Assembly: GCA_035265465.1 (NCBI GenBank)
Contig: DATFON010000065.1
Coordinates: 262 to 64,261 of the forward strand
Length of the DNA stretch: 64,000 nucleotides
DNA from: Solirubrobacterales bacterium
GTDB lineage: Bacteria; Actinomycetota; Thermoleophilia; Solirubrobacterales; 70-9
Direction of reading: 5' to 3'
The position numbers and the translations under genes are program-made. This document shows, in pieces, positions 18,851 through 27,320 of the stretch. Positions within the stretch are counted from its first letter, which is position 1. Every line of letters starts with the position of its first letter. The notes beneath the pieces were generated by a model that saw only the letters and a program-made list of their open reading frames with translations, was not told the origin of the DNA and did not search any database.

Positions 18851-19825
18851 CTACAAGGGCTTAAAGAACGCACCCCCGCGCTTGACCAGGCTCTCGTACA
18901 ACTTCGCCTGGATGGTTTCCCTGACCTGCTCCGAGACCTCAAACAGCAGCCGGCGATCCTCGGCCGCGTCGGGCCCGTGATGCGAGACGTCGATGGGCTC
19001 GCAGAACTCGATTCGCCACTTCGACGGCAACGGGATCATCCCGAGTGGGCCGAGCCAGGGAAAGGTGGGGGTCACGGGAACGAATGGCGCTCCCACCGCG
19101 CGGGCGAGCGGCCTTGCATCGGCGAGCTTCGGATAGATCTCCTCGGAGCCCACGACGGCCACGGGAATGATCGGAGCGCCCGTCCGAAGCGCGACCTCCA
19201 CGAACCCGCCGCGCCCGAAGCGCTGCAGCCGGTAGCGCTCCGAGAACTGCTTGCCGGTTCCCTTGGCCCCCTCCGGGAACACCATCACGAGCTCGTCCTG
19301 CTCGAGCAGGCGGGCCGCGTTGTGCTTGCTGGCGGGCACGCCCCCCACCCGGCGCATGAAGGCCGACAGGAACGGGAGCACGAACGCCCAGTCGATCACG
19401 AGGAACCGCGCCCACCGCGGTAGCGGATGCCGCTTCATGATCGACAACAGGATCATCGAGGCGTCGAACGGGAACAGCGCCCCGGCGTGATTGGACACGA
19501 GGAGTGCGCGGCCATGGGCGGGGACGTTTAGAACCCCCTCCGGCTCGACCCGCCACCACACCTCGTACAGGAACTCGAACAGCGGATAGACCGCCTCGGC
19601 GAACTCCTCGTCGAAGCCCCACTCGTCCTCGTGGTAGTCGCCGCGGAGCCGATGTGACAAGAGCTGTACGACATGGGCCAGCCGTTGCGGTAGCTCGTCC
19701 GCGGCGCGGTTTGCTGCACTCATCGGGTCGAGCCCGTCCTCGATCCCCACCCGCATGCGCCGCAGGAACTCGGCAACCGACTCGGCGGAAGGCTGGGGCG
19801 AATCCGCCTTGGCCTGCGCGTTCAT
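18851..19825 (-). CDS. lysophospholipid / 1-acyl-sn-glycerol-3-phosphate acyltransferase family protein
   Basis: 324 aa. Acyltransferase motifs VSNHAG (HX4D-type block, here NHAGALFPFD) and FPEGAKGTGK. ATGA overlap with the upstream epimerase gene. Confidence 0.78.
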   Translation of the reverse strand: MNAQAKADSPQPSAESVAEFLRRMRVGIEDGLDPMSAANRAADELPQRLAHVVQLLSHRLRGDYHEDEWGFDEEFAEAVYPLFEFLYEVWWRVEPEGVLNVPAHGRALLVSNHAGALFPFDASMILLSIMKRHPLPRWARFLVIDWAFVLPFLSAFMRRVGGVPASKHNAARLLEQDELVMVFPEGAKGTGKQFSERYRLQRFGRGGFVEVALRTGAPIIPVAVVGSEEIYPKLADARPLARAVGAPFVPVTPTFPWLGPLGMIPLPSKWRIEFCEPIDVSHHGPDAAEDRRLLFEVSEQVRETIQAKLYESLVKRGGAFFKPL

Positions 19826-20841
19826 CGAGCCGCTCCGGAGAGCCTTCCGACGAGATCCCCCGGGTGGATGGATGGGCCAACCCGGAGCCCCATCGACTTC
19901 GCCGCGAAGTCACGGACCGCTCCCTCGGCATCGAAGCGGGGCGTGTACCCGACCTCGGTGACGAGTCGCTCGTTGTCGACGCCGCGGCCGAACCGCAGCA
20001 TCCGGACCCCGTCGCCGTACAGGGGGCCGGCTCCCAGCCGCCGCCCCAGCCTCTCGAGCGCGATTCCGAAGAGCGGATGCGGGATCGGCAGTGCCGGCCG
20101 TCTCACAAGCCGAAGGATGTGACTCAACGAGATCGAGCCCGAGGGTGCGACGTTCACAGGTCCGCGTACGGGCCGCCTCGCCGCGGCCTCGAGCGCACCG
20201 GTGGCGTCGTCCGCGTGGAGCAGCTGGAGGCGCGGGTCCCATCCCAGCTGCGTCGGCACGACGGGCAGCTCGAGATAGCGAACGAGCGGCGTGTCGAGAT
20301 CGGGGCCGATCTCGGGCTGGTACCGCAGGGTGCAGCACACGACGCCTGGGTGGCGCCGGGCGAAGTTCTCGATGTAAGCCTCGAGCTCCGAAACGTCGCG
20401 TTGAAAGCGGGTGCGAAGGGGGAGCGTCCGCGCCATGGGCTCGGTGAAGAAGTAGGGCGTCGCTCCCTCACAGCCGTAGATCGCCGCCGACCCTCGAACG
20501 ACGAGTCGCTCGAGGGTCTCGGTCCGCTCGCAGGCGGCCAGGAGCTGAAGCGTTCCGATGACGTTCACGTCGTGGAGCACCCGCGACGGCCTGCCGCTCT
20601 CCGGGTACCAGAGAATCCCGCAGTGCACGATGGTGTCCACCTCGGTGGTGGGCAGAAGCCGGGAGAGGAGAGGACTGCGGATATCGGCTTCGATGAAGTC
20701 CGTGCGCTCGAGATCCGCCGGCGGCGGCTCGATGTCGATCCCGGCGAGATACTCGATGCCGGGATCGCGCTCGAGACGTCGCGCGAGCTCCGCGCCCCAA
20801 TGGCTCGCGATGCCGACGATCACGACCCGGCGAGCGGTCAT
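19822..20841 (-). CDS. NAD-dependent epimerase/dehydratase family protein
   Basis: 339 aa. Rossmann N-terminus RVVIVGIASHWGAELARRL. SDR-extended architecture. Confidence 0.78.
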   Translation of the reverse strand: MTARRVVIVGIASHWGAELARRLERDPGIEYLAGIDIEPPPADLERTDFIEADIRSPLLSRLLPTTEVDTIVHCGILWYPESGRPSRVLHDVNVIGTLQLLAACERTETLERLVVRGSAAIYGCEGATPYFFTEPMARTLPLRTRFQRDVSELEAYIENFARRHPGVVCCTLRYQPEIGPDLDTPLVRYLELPVVPTQLGWDPRLQLLHADDATGALEAAARRPVRGPVNVAPSGSISLSHILRLVRRPALPIPHPLFGIALERLGRRLGAGPLYGDGVRMLRFGRGVDNERLVTEVGYTPRFDAEGAVRDFAAKSMGLRVGPSIHPGDLVGRLSGAAR

Positions 20842-21219
20842 CTAACCCTCAGCTTTAGGCTTAGAGCGGTCCCGGCCACGGAGGGCATCCTCCAATTCCG
20901 TCAACCGTCGCTCCAGCGCCTCGAGCCGTTGCCCCATCTCCTCCGCCGCATCCTGCCCTCGCCGTGCGAGCTCGGCACCGGCATCCTGGCCGCGGCGGGT
21001 CAACTCCTCGCGGGCGCCCTGCCCTCGACGCGCGAGCTCGCCGCGGGCATCGCGCCCCAACCTGGCGACCTCGTCGAGGAGCTGGGCAGCTCGCTCACGA
21101 CTGAGACCTGTGGTTCCTGCGCGAGCGGGCCGTCCCGCCACCGAGAGCGTCCGCTCGATCGCCTCGCGGAGCGCCTCGGCTACACCCCCGTCGGGTCGCT
21201 TGCCGGACTGCGACGCCAC
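20842..21219 (-). CDS. coiled-coil protein with 11-aa repeats
   Basis: 125 aa. Three tandem units EL(A/T)RRGQ(G/D)A(R/G/A)xE, ending in LEALERRLTELEDAL. The stop abuts the epimerase start. Confidence 0.5.
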   Translation of the reverse strand: MASQSGKRPDGGVAEALREAIERTLSVAGRPARAGTTGLSRERAAQLLDEVARLGRDARGELARRGQGAREELTRRGQDAGAELARRGQDAAEEMGQRLEALERRLTELEDALRGRDRSKPKAEG

Positions 21220-21225
21220 GAGTGA

Positions 21226-21582
21226 CTAGACCTGGGGTTCGGTCGCACCCGCGTGATCCGCCGACTTCGGCGCTTCGGCCTCGATGGACCGGCGCATCGC
21301 GGCAAGCTCGTCGAGGGCATCGTCGAGCTGATCCTCAACGGCCTCGAGCCTTGCCGAGAGCGAGCGCATCCGCTGTTCCAGCCGCTCGAAGTCGGACGCT
21401 GCCGGGATGTTGAGCGCGCCCATCGCCGAGCGTTGGGCGTTGGCGGCCCGCTCGCCGGCACCGATCGCGGTGGTCACGGCCTGGCTGAAGATGGGGTTGT
21501 CGAGAAGCGCCTGGGCGAGATCGCTCAGCGCCTCCTCACCGCGGGCTCGGATGCCCTCGTCGCGCTCAGGATCCACGCTCAC
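21226..21582 (-). CDS. phasin-like / PHA-granule-regulator-like helical protein
   Basis: 118 aa. NPIFSQAVTTAIGAGERA...SDFERLEQRMRSLSARLEAVEDQLD resembles the phasin (COG3937-type) family. Weak assignment from memory. Confidence 0.45.
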   Translation of the reverse strand: MSVDPERDEGIRARGEEALSDLAQALLDNPIFSQAVTTAIGAGERAANAQRSAMGALNIPAASDFERLEQRMRSLSARLEAVEDQLDDALDELAAMRRSIEAEAPKSADHAGATEPQV

Positions 21583-21624
21583 GTCCCACCGTATTTCGCT
21601 CGTTGCCGTCGCAGCGCATGGGTG

Positions 21625-21780
21625 GCGCAGGGTAACGCTTCAAGGGGGGCCGTCCGGGTGTCGATTCATAGACCAATGGCTACCCGTAGCCTTGCGAGGG
21701 TAGGCACAAGCTGAGATACCGTTCCCACCCCGAGTTCCACGTTGCAAACCGCCCCTCGAACAGTTAGCGTTCTCACGGCT
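21625..21780 (+). ncRNA. candidate structured 5' leader, possibly divergent ydaO-yuaA (c-di-AMP) riboswitch
   Basis: Ordered blocks CGCTT, GGGGGGCC, GGGTGTCGATTC, GGGTAGG, CCCACCCCGAG, ACAGTTAGCG. AACGCT (21634-21639) can pair with AGCGTT (21766-21771). Lies upstream of a cell-wall hydrolase gene. The match to the consensus is only partial. Confidence 0.22.
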
Positions 21781-21855
21781 TTGAGCAGGCCGGATCGGAG
21801 GAGCCGCGCCGCAGCGTACCCCCCGCTGGGCACGAAGGACGGGGACTGAAACAGG

Positions 21856-24525
21856 ATGGGAAGGAAGCTACTTCTGATACTCGCCCTTGGGGTGCTCGGC
21901 GCCATCGTCGCCGCGGGCGCCGGCGTTGCGAGTGGCGGGCTGCTCGATTCATCCACGAGCGGCGTGTCCGTGAACCTTCCGGGGGGCGAGAACCTCCCGC
22001 CCGTCGAAGCGCTGCCGGCCTGCTCGAATACGAGCGACGACGATGGTGACGGGCTCGTCGACCTCGCGGACCCCGGCTGCTCCGGGCCGCTGGACAGCGA
22101 TGAGTACAACGCGCCGACCGGGACGACCGGCGGCGGCTCGACCGGCACCACGGGCACCACCGGGACCACCGGGACCACCGGGACCACCGGCACCACCGGC
22201 ACCACGGGCACCACGGGGACCACAGGGACGACCGGCACCACCGGGACGACCGGCACCACCGGAAGCGGTGGAGCCGCCGGGCCGGGCGGTTCGGGCGGTT
22301 CGGGCGGTCGGCCGAACGGCGTCGGTCGCGGGGGCCACCGTCACCGCAACGGCAACGGCGGGACGTCGGCCCGCGATCGCACTCCCTCCCCGCCACCGCC
22401 GGTCAAGCCGAACGGGGTGCCCACCAAGTCGAACCCGTCGCTCACCATCGCCACCCCCACCCCGGCCCCCCTTGGTGTCCCGAGCTTCCTCATCGGCCAG
22501 TTCGAGATCCCGCCCTTCCTCCTCCCGATCTATCAGGCCTGCGGCACCGAGTACGGCATCCCCTGGCAGGTCCTGGCCTCGATCAACAAGATCGAGACCG
22601 CATTCGGGACCAACCTCAACGTGTCCTCGGCCGGTGCTCTCGGGTGGATGCAGTTCATGCCTTCGACCTGGCAGGCGTACGGAACGGACGCCAACGGCGA
22701 CGGCCGCAAGGACCCGTACAACCCGGTCGACGCGATCTGCGCAGCCGCCCGGTACCTGAAGGCCGCCGGCGGCGACACCGACCTGCGCAGCGCGATCTTC
22801 GCGTACAACCACGCCACCTGGTACGTGGACGAGGTGCTCCTGTACGCGAACCAGTACGGCAAGCTCCCCGATGACCTCATTGGCTCGATCGGCGCCCTGA
22901 CGACCGGCGATCGCTTCCCCGTCGCCGCCAAGGCCCGGTACGCGGACGAGATCTCCACACGCAAGGCGGCGAAGAACGCGAAGCCGAGCAAGGGCTCGAC
23001 CGGCAACGCCGCCGACATAGTCTCAAGCTCACCTACACGTCGAGGGATCAACATCTACTCGCACGAGGGCGCTCCCGTCGTCGCGGTCAACGACGGAACG
23101 ATCAAGAGGATGGGCCACGATCCGAAGCTCGGCAACTACATCGTCCTCCAGGACAACTACGGCAACCGCTTCACGTATGCGGAGCTCGGCCGCATCTCGA
23201 AGGCGTACCCCGTTCCGAAGCAGAAGCGCAAGCTCTCGGCCGACGACTTCAAGCTGGTCACGCCCAACGACAAGGCCCCGGATCAGCCCGCCACCCGGGG
23301 CAAGCCGCTCGGCGTGAGCAAGCACGCGAGCAAGCTCGCCAGCGACGTGGCCCAGCGCGCGACCCAGGCCGATAAGGCGGAGGCCTCCAAGTCCCAGTCC
23401 TCGAGCTCCAAGTCTCGCAAGCGGCTGGCGGAGTCCAGGGCGGCTCCGGCACCCAGCACATCCGAGGGTCCGGTCAACACCGAGGATCAGCGCCCCCGGC
23501 TGTACGCGCTGCCGGAGCGGCCACACAACGTGGACCGCGCCGACATCACGGGACAGCTCGACACCCTGCTGGCGAAGCGGATGCCCGGGTACTCAACCTT
23601 CAAGTCGTACTTCGGCGGCGTCCTCCGCTTCGATCGCAAGTCGATGGAGCTCCGCCAGCTGCGCAAGGGATCGGAGGTGGTAGCCGGCACCGTACTCGGC
23701 CGCATCGGCAAGACGACCGAGCTGGCCCCCCACCTGAACTTCGCCATCAGGCCCGCGGGCAAGCACACGCCGAAGATCGATCCGAAGCCCATCCTGGACG
23801 GTTGGAAGCTCCTCGAGGAGACGGCGATCTATCGCGCCGCCGGGGAGAACCCCTTCACCGACAGCACGACGACGAGCAACGTCACCCAGGACCTCCTGAT
23901 GCCGAAGACCCAGCTGGCGCGCAGGGTCCTGGCCGATCCGCGGCTCTCCATCTACGCCTGCGGTCGCAACGACATCCGCACCGGCCAGATCGACCAGCGG
24001 GTCCTGGCGGCAATGGAGTACCTGGCCGACAACGGCTTCCGGCTCACGATCACCTCGCTGAAGTGCGGCCACAGCACGCTCACCGCTTCCGGATACGTCA
24101 GCGAGCACTCGACCGGCGACGCGATGGACATCGCCTTGGTGAACGGCATCCCGATAGCCGGTCACCAGGGCCCCGGCTCGATCACCGAGGCGGCGGTCAA
24201 GTCACTGCTTCAGCTCCAGGGATCGATGGAGCCTCACCAGGTCATCTCGCTCATGAATCTCGGCGGCCCGTCGTTCGCCATGGCGGACCACGCGGACCAC
24301 ATCCACGTCGGCTACTACCCGAAGGGCTCGGCGCCCGAGAAGGGCAAGCAGTTCGAGTCGCTGCTGAAGCCCGACCAGTGGAAGAAGCTCATCGGCACGA
24401 TCTCCGAGATCCAGAACCCGAACGTCCCCACCTCGCCTTCGAAGTACTCGCTGCCGGCCAAGAAGGACAAGGGCAAGAAGGACAAGGGCAAGAAGGACGG
24501 CGGCAAGAGCGGGCGCGGCGACTAG
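21856..24525 (+). CDS. secreted multidomain peptidoglycan hydrolase: (GTT)n linker, lytic transglycosylase (SLT-type), split M23 peptidase, LAS/M15-type zinc peptidase, Lys-rich tail
   Basis: 889 aa.
- Signal peptide MGRKLLLILALGVLGAIVAAGAGVASG.
- Transglycosylase: IPWQVLASINKIETAFG...GALGWMQFMPSTWQAYG...DPYNPVDAICAAARYL.
- M23: APVVAVNDGTIKRMGH...GNYIVLQDNYGNRFTYAELG ... GTVLGRIG...HLNFAIRP.
- LAS zinc motifs: SEHSTGDAMDI and DHADHIHVG. Confidence 0.85.
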   Translation: MGRKLLLILALGVLGAIVAAGAGVASGGLLDSSTSGVSVNLPGGENLPPVEALPACSNTSDDDGDGLVDLADPGCSGPLDSDEYNAPTGTTGGGSTGTTGTTGTTGTTGTTGTTGTTGTTGTTGTTGTTGTTGTTGSGGAAGPGGSGGSGGRPNGVGRGGHRHRNGNGGTSARDRTPSPPPPVKPNGVPTKSNPSLTIATPTPAPLGVPSFLIGQFEIPPFLLPIYQACGTEYGIPWQVLASINKIETAFGTNLNVSSAGALGWMQFMPSTWQAYGTDANGDGRKDPYNPVDAICAAARYLKAAGGDTDLRSAIFAYNHATWYVDEVLLYANQYGKLPDDLIGSIGALTTGDRFPVAAKARYADEISTRKAAKNAKPSKGSTGNAADIVSSSPTRRGINIYSHEGAPVVAVNDGTIKRMGHDPKLGNYIVLQDNYGNRFTYAELGRISKAYPVPKQKRKLSADDFKLVTPNDKAPDQPATRGKPLGVSKHASKLASDVAQRATQADKAEASKSQSSSSKSRKRLAESRAAPAPSTSEGPVNTEDQRPRLYALPERPHNVDRADITGQLDTLLAKRMPGYSTFKSYFGGVLRFDRKSMELRQLRKGSEVVAGTVLGRIGKTTELAPHLNFAIRPAGKHTPKIDPKPILDGWKLLEETAIYRAAGENPFTDSTTTSNVTQDLLMPKTQLARRVLADPRLSIYACGRNDIRTGQIDQRVLAAMEYLADNGFRLTITSLKCGHSTLTASGYVSEHSTGDAMDIALVNGIPIAGHQGPGSITEAAVKSLLQLQGSMEPHQVISLMNLGGPSFAMADHADHIHVGYYPKGSAPEKGKQFESLLKPDQWKKLIGTISEIQNPNVPTSPSKYSLPAKKDKGKKDKGKKDGGKSGRGD
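22141..22263 (+). repeat. imperfect 9-bp tandem repeat (ACC GGS ACC)n encoding (Gly-Thr-Thr)x13
   Basis: Read directly: accggcacc acgggcacc accgggacc ... . Synonymous variation between units. Its antisense generates the (VPV)n shadow ORF 21666..22259. Confidence 0.9.
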
Positions 24526-24578
24526 CCGCCCGGGCTCTCCGCCACCGATCCGTCACCCGTGAATAGGCTGGGGTCGCC

Positions 24579-25466
24579 ATGAGCGTGACCACTGCCGACT
24601 GCTTTCGCTTCGTTCAGCTGGACGTACCCGGGCGCTTAGGGATCGACGACGGTCGCTATCTGGTCCGTGCCACCGGCGGGGAGCCAGCCGAGCACGAGAC
24701 CGTGCTCGTCGTCCAAACGATGGGCGCACCCCCGGCCGGCAGACACCCCAGGAGGCGGCGCAGGGCTCGCCGCGCGGAGCCCGACGACGCTCCGTCCGAG
24801 GTTCCCATCACCAGGCTCACGGTCATCCCGGCGCGGACGCAGTCTCACGACGAGGCCAAGCGAGAGCTCGGTGTCCTGACCGGCGATGCCTCCGCCACGG
24901 AGGAAGCGGTCCTGGACGGGCTGCGCGAGGCGAACCGCGTCGTGCGAGCGCACCGGATCGCGAACCAGGATCCGTACGGCCACGAGATCGCACGGCTCAC
25001 GCCGCTCGCCGTCCGAGTGGGCTTCGGAACGGGCGACGAGCTGGCCAATGGAAAGTGGAGCGAGGCGTTTGACGTCCCCGCGCCCGAGAGGCGTCGCCGC
25101 CGCGCGGATGCCCTGCGGCCGCAGGAGCGCCTCGCAGAGCTGCTTGCGGGCCGGGAGCCGATCGACGTGTGCGAGACATTGCTCCTTCGGGCACGAGCGG
25201 ATCTCGATCAGGGTCGGCCGCGCGAGGCCGCGCTGCAGATCGGCCCAGGTCTCGAGGCGCTCCTCGCCGAGCTCCCCGAGCGGGCGGGGCCCGGGCAGGA
25301 GGAGGACCTGGCGGCCCTGAGGAATCTGCGCGACGCGATGGGCGAGGCGGGCCGGCAGGCGCTTCGCGGGGATCTGTCGACCGAGCGCGCGAGCCAGGTC
25401 GCCGAGACCCTTCGCATCTGCGAGCGCGTGCTGCGCCGCCGTCAGGCGCTCAGGGACTCCGGCTAG
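24579..25466 (+). CDS. hypothetical protein (no family recognised)
   Basis: 295 aa. High third-position GC. 53 nt downstream of the hydrolase gene on the same strand. Contains two Arg clusters (RRRRRARR, RRRRR) and a helical C-terminal half. Confidence 0.5.
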   Translation: MSVTTADCFRFVQLDVPGRLGIDDGRYLVRATGGEPAEHETVLVVQTMGAPPAGRHPRRRRRARRAEPDDAPSEVPITRLTVIPARTQSHDEAKRELGVLTGDASATEEAVLDGLREANRVVRAHRIANQDPYGHEIARLTPLAVRVGFGTGDELANGKWSEAFDVPAPERRRRRADALRPQERLAELLAGREPIDVCETLLLRARADLDQGRPREAALQIGPGLEALLAELPERAGPGQEEDLAALRNLRDAMGEAGRQALRGDLSTERASQVAETLRICERVLRRRQALRDSG

Positions 25467-25469
25467 CGA

Positions 25470-26231
25470 TCAGCCGTCCAGCGCCGCGAGCACAGCCTGA
25501 AGCTCGTCGGCGACATCGCCGCTCAGCCGCACCACGGCATCGCCGTCGTAGGGAGTCGAGCTCCTCGTGACGATGGCGATCCGCCCTCCCCGCCCAAGGG
25601 TCACCTCGGGTAGCCCGGCAACCGGGTAGACCTCCAGCGAGGAACCGACGCACAGCAGAAGGTCGGCCGCCGAGCAGAGCTCATCGGCCCGCGCCATCGC
25701 TTCGGCGGGAAGCATCTCGCCGAAGAGAACGACGTCGGGCTTCACCTTTCCCGCGCAGCCGGTGCATGTCGCGATCCCATCGGCGTCGAACAGCGATTCC
25801 ACCTGTTCGAGTGGATAGCTCGCGGGGCAGCTCGTACAGCTCGCGGTAGCGATCGAGCCGTGAACCTCGATCACCTCCTCCGAGCCGGCCTTGCGATGCA
25901 GGCGGTCAATGTTCTGGGTGATCACCGCCTCCAGCAGCCCGCGACGTTCGAGCTCGGCAAGCACCTCGTGCGCGGAATTCGGCTCCTTGTCGGCGAGGTC
26001 GTGGAAGCGGGGCCGGTAGAAGTCCCAGAAGCGCTTGGTGTCGCGATGAAACGCGTCGATCGTGGCGACTGCCATCGGATCGACCTTGGCCCACAGCCCC
26101 TTCCCGGGAGTCCTGAAGTCGGGAATGCCGGAGGGCACCGAAACCCCCGCCCCGGTGAGCGCGACAACCCGCTCGCTCGACCTGATGAGCCCGGCGAGCT
26201 CCTCCGCGGCGCTCGTTACCTGCCCTGCCAC
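25470..26231 (-). CDS. cobB: NAD-dependent protein deacylase (Sir2/CobB family)
   Basis: GAGVSVPSGIPDFR, TQNIDRLH, zinc ribbon CTSC...CTGC, DVVLFGE. Start set to GTG 26231 (16-nt overlap with the upstream gene end). The track ORF start 26636 is inside the neighbouring gene. Confidence 0.85.
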   Translation of the reverse strand: MAGQVTSAAEELAGLIRSSERVVALTGAGVSVPSGIPDFRTPGKGLWAKVDPMAVATIDAFHRDTKRFWDFYRPRFHDLADKEPNSAHEVLAELERRGLLEAVITQNIDRLHRKAGSEEVIEVHGSIATASCTSCPASYPLEQVESLFDADGIATCTGCAGKVKPDVVLFGEMLPAEAMARADELCSAADLLLCVGSSLEVYPVAGLPEVTLGRGGRIAIVTRSSTPYDGDAVVRLSGDVADELQAVLAALDG

Positions 26232-27319
26232 TTCGCCTTGCGCTTGCCCAGGAACGCCGAGATCCCCTCGCGAGCGTCCTCGGACGTGAACGCCGTCACG
26301 AAGCCATCCTTTTCGGCGTCGATCCCCTCGTCGAGATCGGCCTTCGCCGAGACCTTCTTGATCTGCTCGACCGCGACGGGCGCCTGGCCGCCGAGCTTGC
26401 GCGCCCAGGCGAGCGCCGTGTCGAACAGCTCGTGGTCCGCGACGATCTCGCTCGCGAGGCCGAGCTCGTAGGCCTGTGCGGCCGAGATCGGCTCGCCCAG
26501 CAGGTTCATCTCGAGAGCCTTGCCCTCCCCCACCAGCCGCGCCAGCCGCTGGGTGCCCCCGAAGCCCGGGATGATCCCGAGGTTGATCTCCGGCTGGCCG
26601 AAGCTCGCCGACTCGGCCGCGATCCGGAAGTCGCACGCCATCGAGAGCTCGCAGCCACCGCCAAGTGCCAGCGAGTTCACGGCCGCGATGGTCACCTTCC
26701 CGGACTGCTCCATCCGCCGCAGAACGGTGTGGCCCGAATCCAGGAGCTCCTTACCCGCGGAGGGCTCAGTCATCTTCGTGAACTCCTTGATGTCAGCCCC
26801 CGCGCAGAACACGGCGAAGTTGGACGACGCCAACACCGCCGCCCGGATGGAGTCGCGGGACTCGATCTCGTCCCATACCGCGGTCAGGTCACGGATCATC
26901 TGCGGCGAGATCGGGTTGGTTGGTGGCCTGTTGAGCCAGACGATCGCGACGTCGTCGCGGGTCTCCAGCAGGACGGTCTCCTGCTGGTCGAAGTCCTCGT
27001 CCGCGCGCGGGTAGAAGAAGAACCCCTGCCCGGTCTTCTTGCCGAGGCGTCCCTGGTTGACCAGGCGCCGCAGCAGAAGCGGTGGCGCGAAGCCCTCACC
27101 CCATTCGCGCTGGGCGACCTCCAGCCGGTCGAGCATCTCGTCCAGCCCCGCCTCGTCGGCGCGGGCCAACGGGCCGGGCAGGATGCCGGCTCCCATCATC
27201 ATCCCGAGGTCGACGTCCTTGGTCGTCGAGACCCCCTCATCGACGACCATCACGGCCTCGACGAACGCCTTCAGCTGGAAGCGCTCGACGACCGTCATCG
27301 CAGCTGTTGCGGCCTCCAT
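26216..27319 (-). CDS. 3-hydroxyacyl-CoA dehydrogenase C-terminal-type domain fused to enoyl-CoA hydratase (crotonase)
   Basis: 367 aa. N-terminus VDEGVSTTKDVDLGMMMGAG...GRLGKKTGQGFFFY (HAD C-domain), then VAIVWLNRP...FCAGADIKEF...LALGGGCELSMACDFR (crotonase). Confidence 0.85.
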   Translation of the reverse strand: MEAATAAMTVVERFQLKAFVEAVMVVDEGVSTTKDVDLGMMMGAGILPGPLARADEAGLDEMLDRLEVAQREWGEGFAPPLLLRRLVNQGRLGKKTGQGFFFYPRADEDFDQQETVLLETRDDVAIVWLNRPPTNPISPQMIRDLTAVWDEIESRDSIRAAVLASSNFAVFCAGADIKEFTKMTEPSAGKELLDSGHTVLRRMEQSGKVTIAAVNSLALGGGCELSMACDFRIAAESASFGQPEINLGIIPGFGGTQRLARLVGEGKALEMNLLGEPISAAQAYELGLASEIVADHELFDTALAWARKLGGQAPVAVEQIKKVSAKADLDEGIDAEKDGFVTAFTSEDAREGISAFLGKRKAKWQGR

Positions 27320-27320
27320 C

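Noticed and set aside
21666-22396. Minus-strand ORFs encoding (VPV)n and WCR/SRW repeats
   Set aside because: They are a reverse-complement reading of the (GTT)n 9-bp repeat inside the well-supported hydrolase gene, not independent genes.
25470-26231. Sir2 as an anti-phage defence effector (Thoeris/DSR-like)
   Set aside because: It is a short (~253 aa) canonical CobB-type sirtuin with a zinc ribbon. It is operonic with beta-oxidation genes and has no partner sensor, HerA, pAgo or TIR genes.
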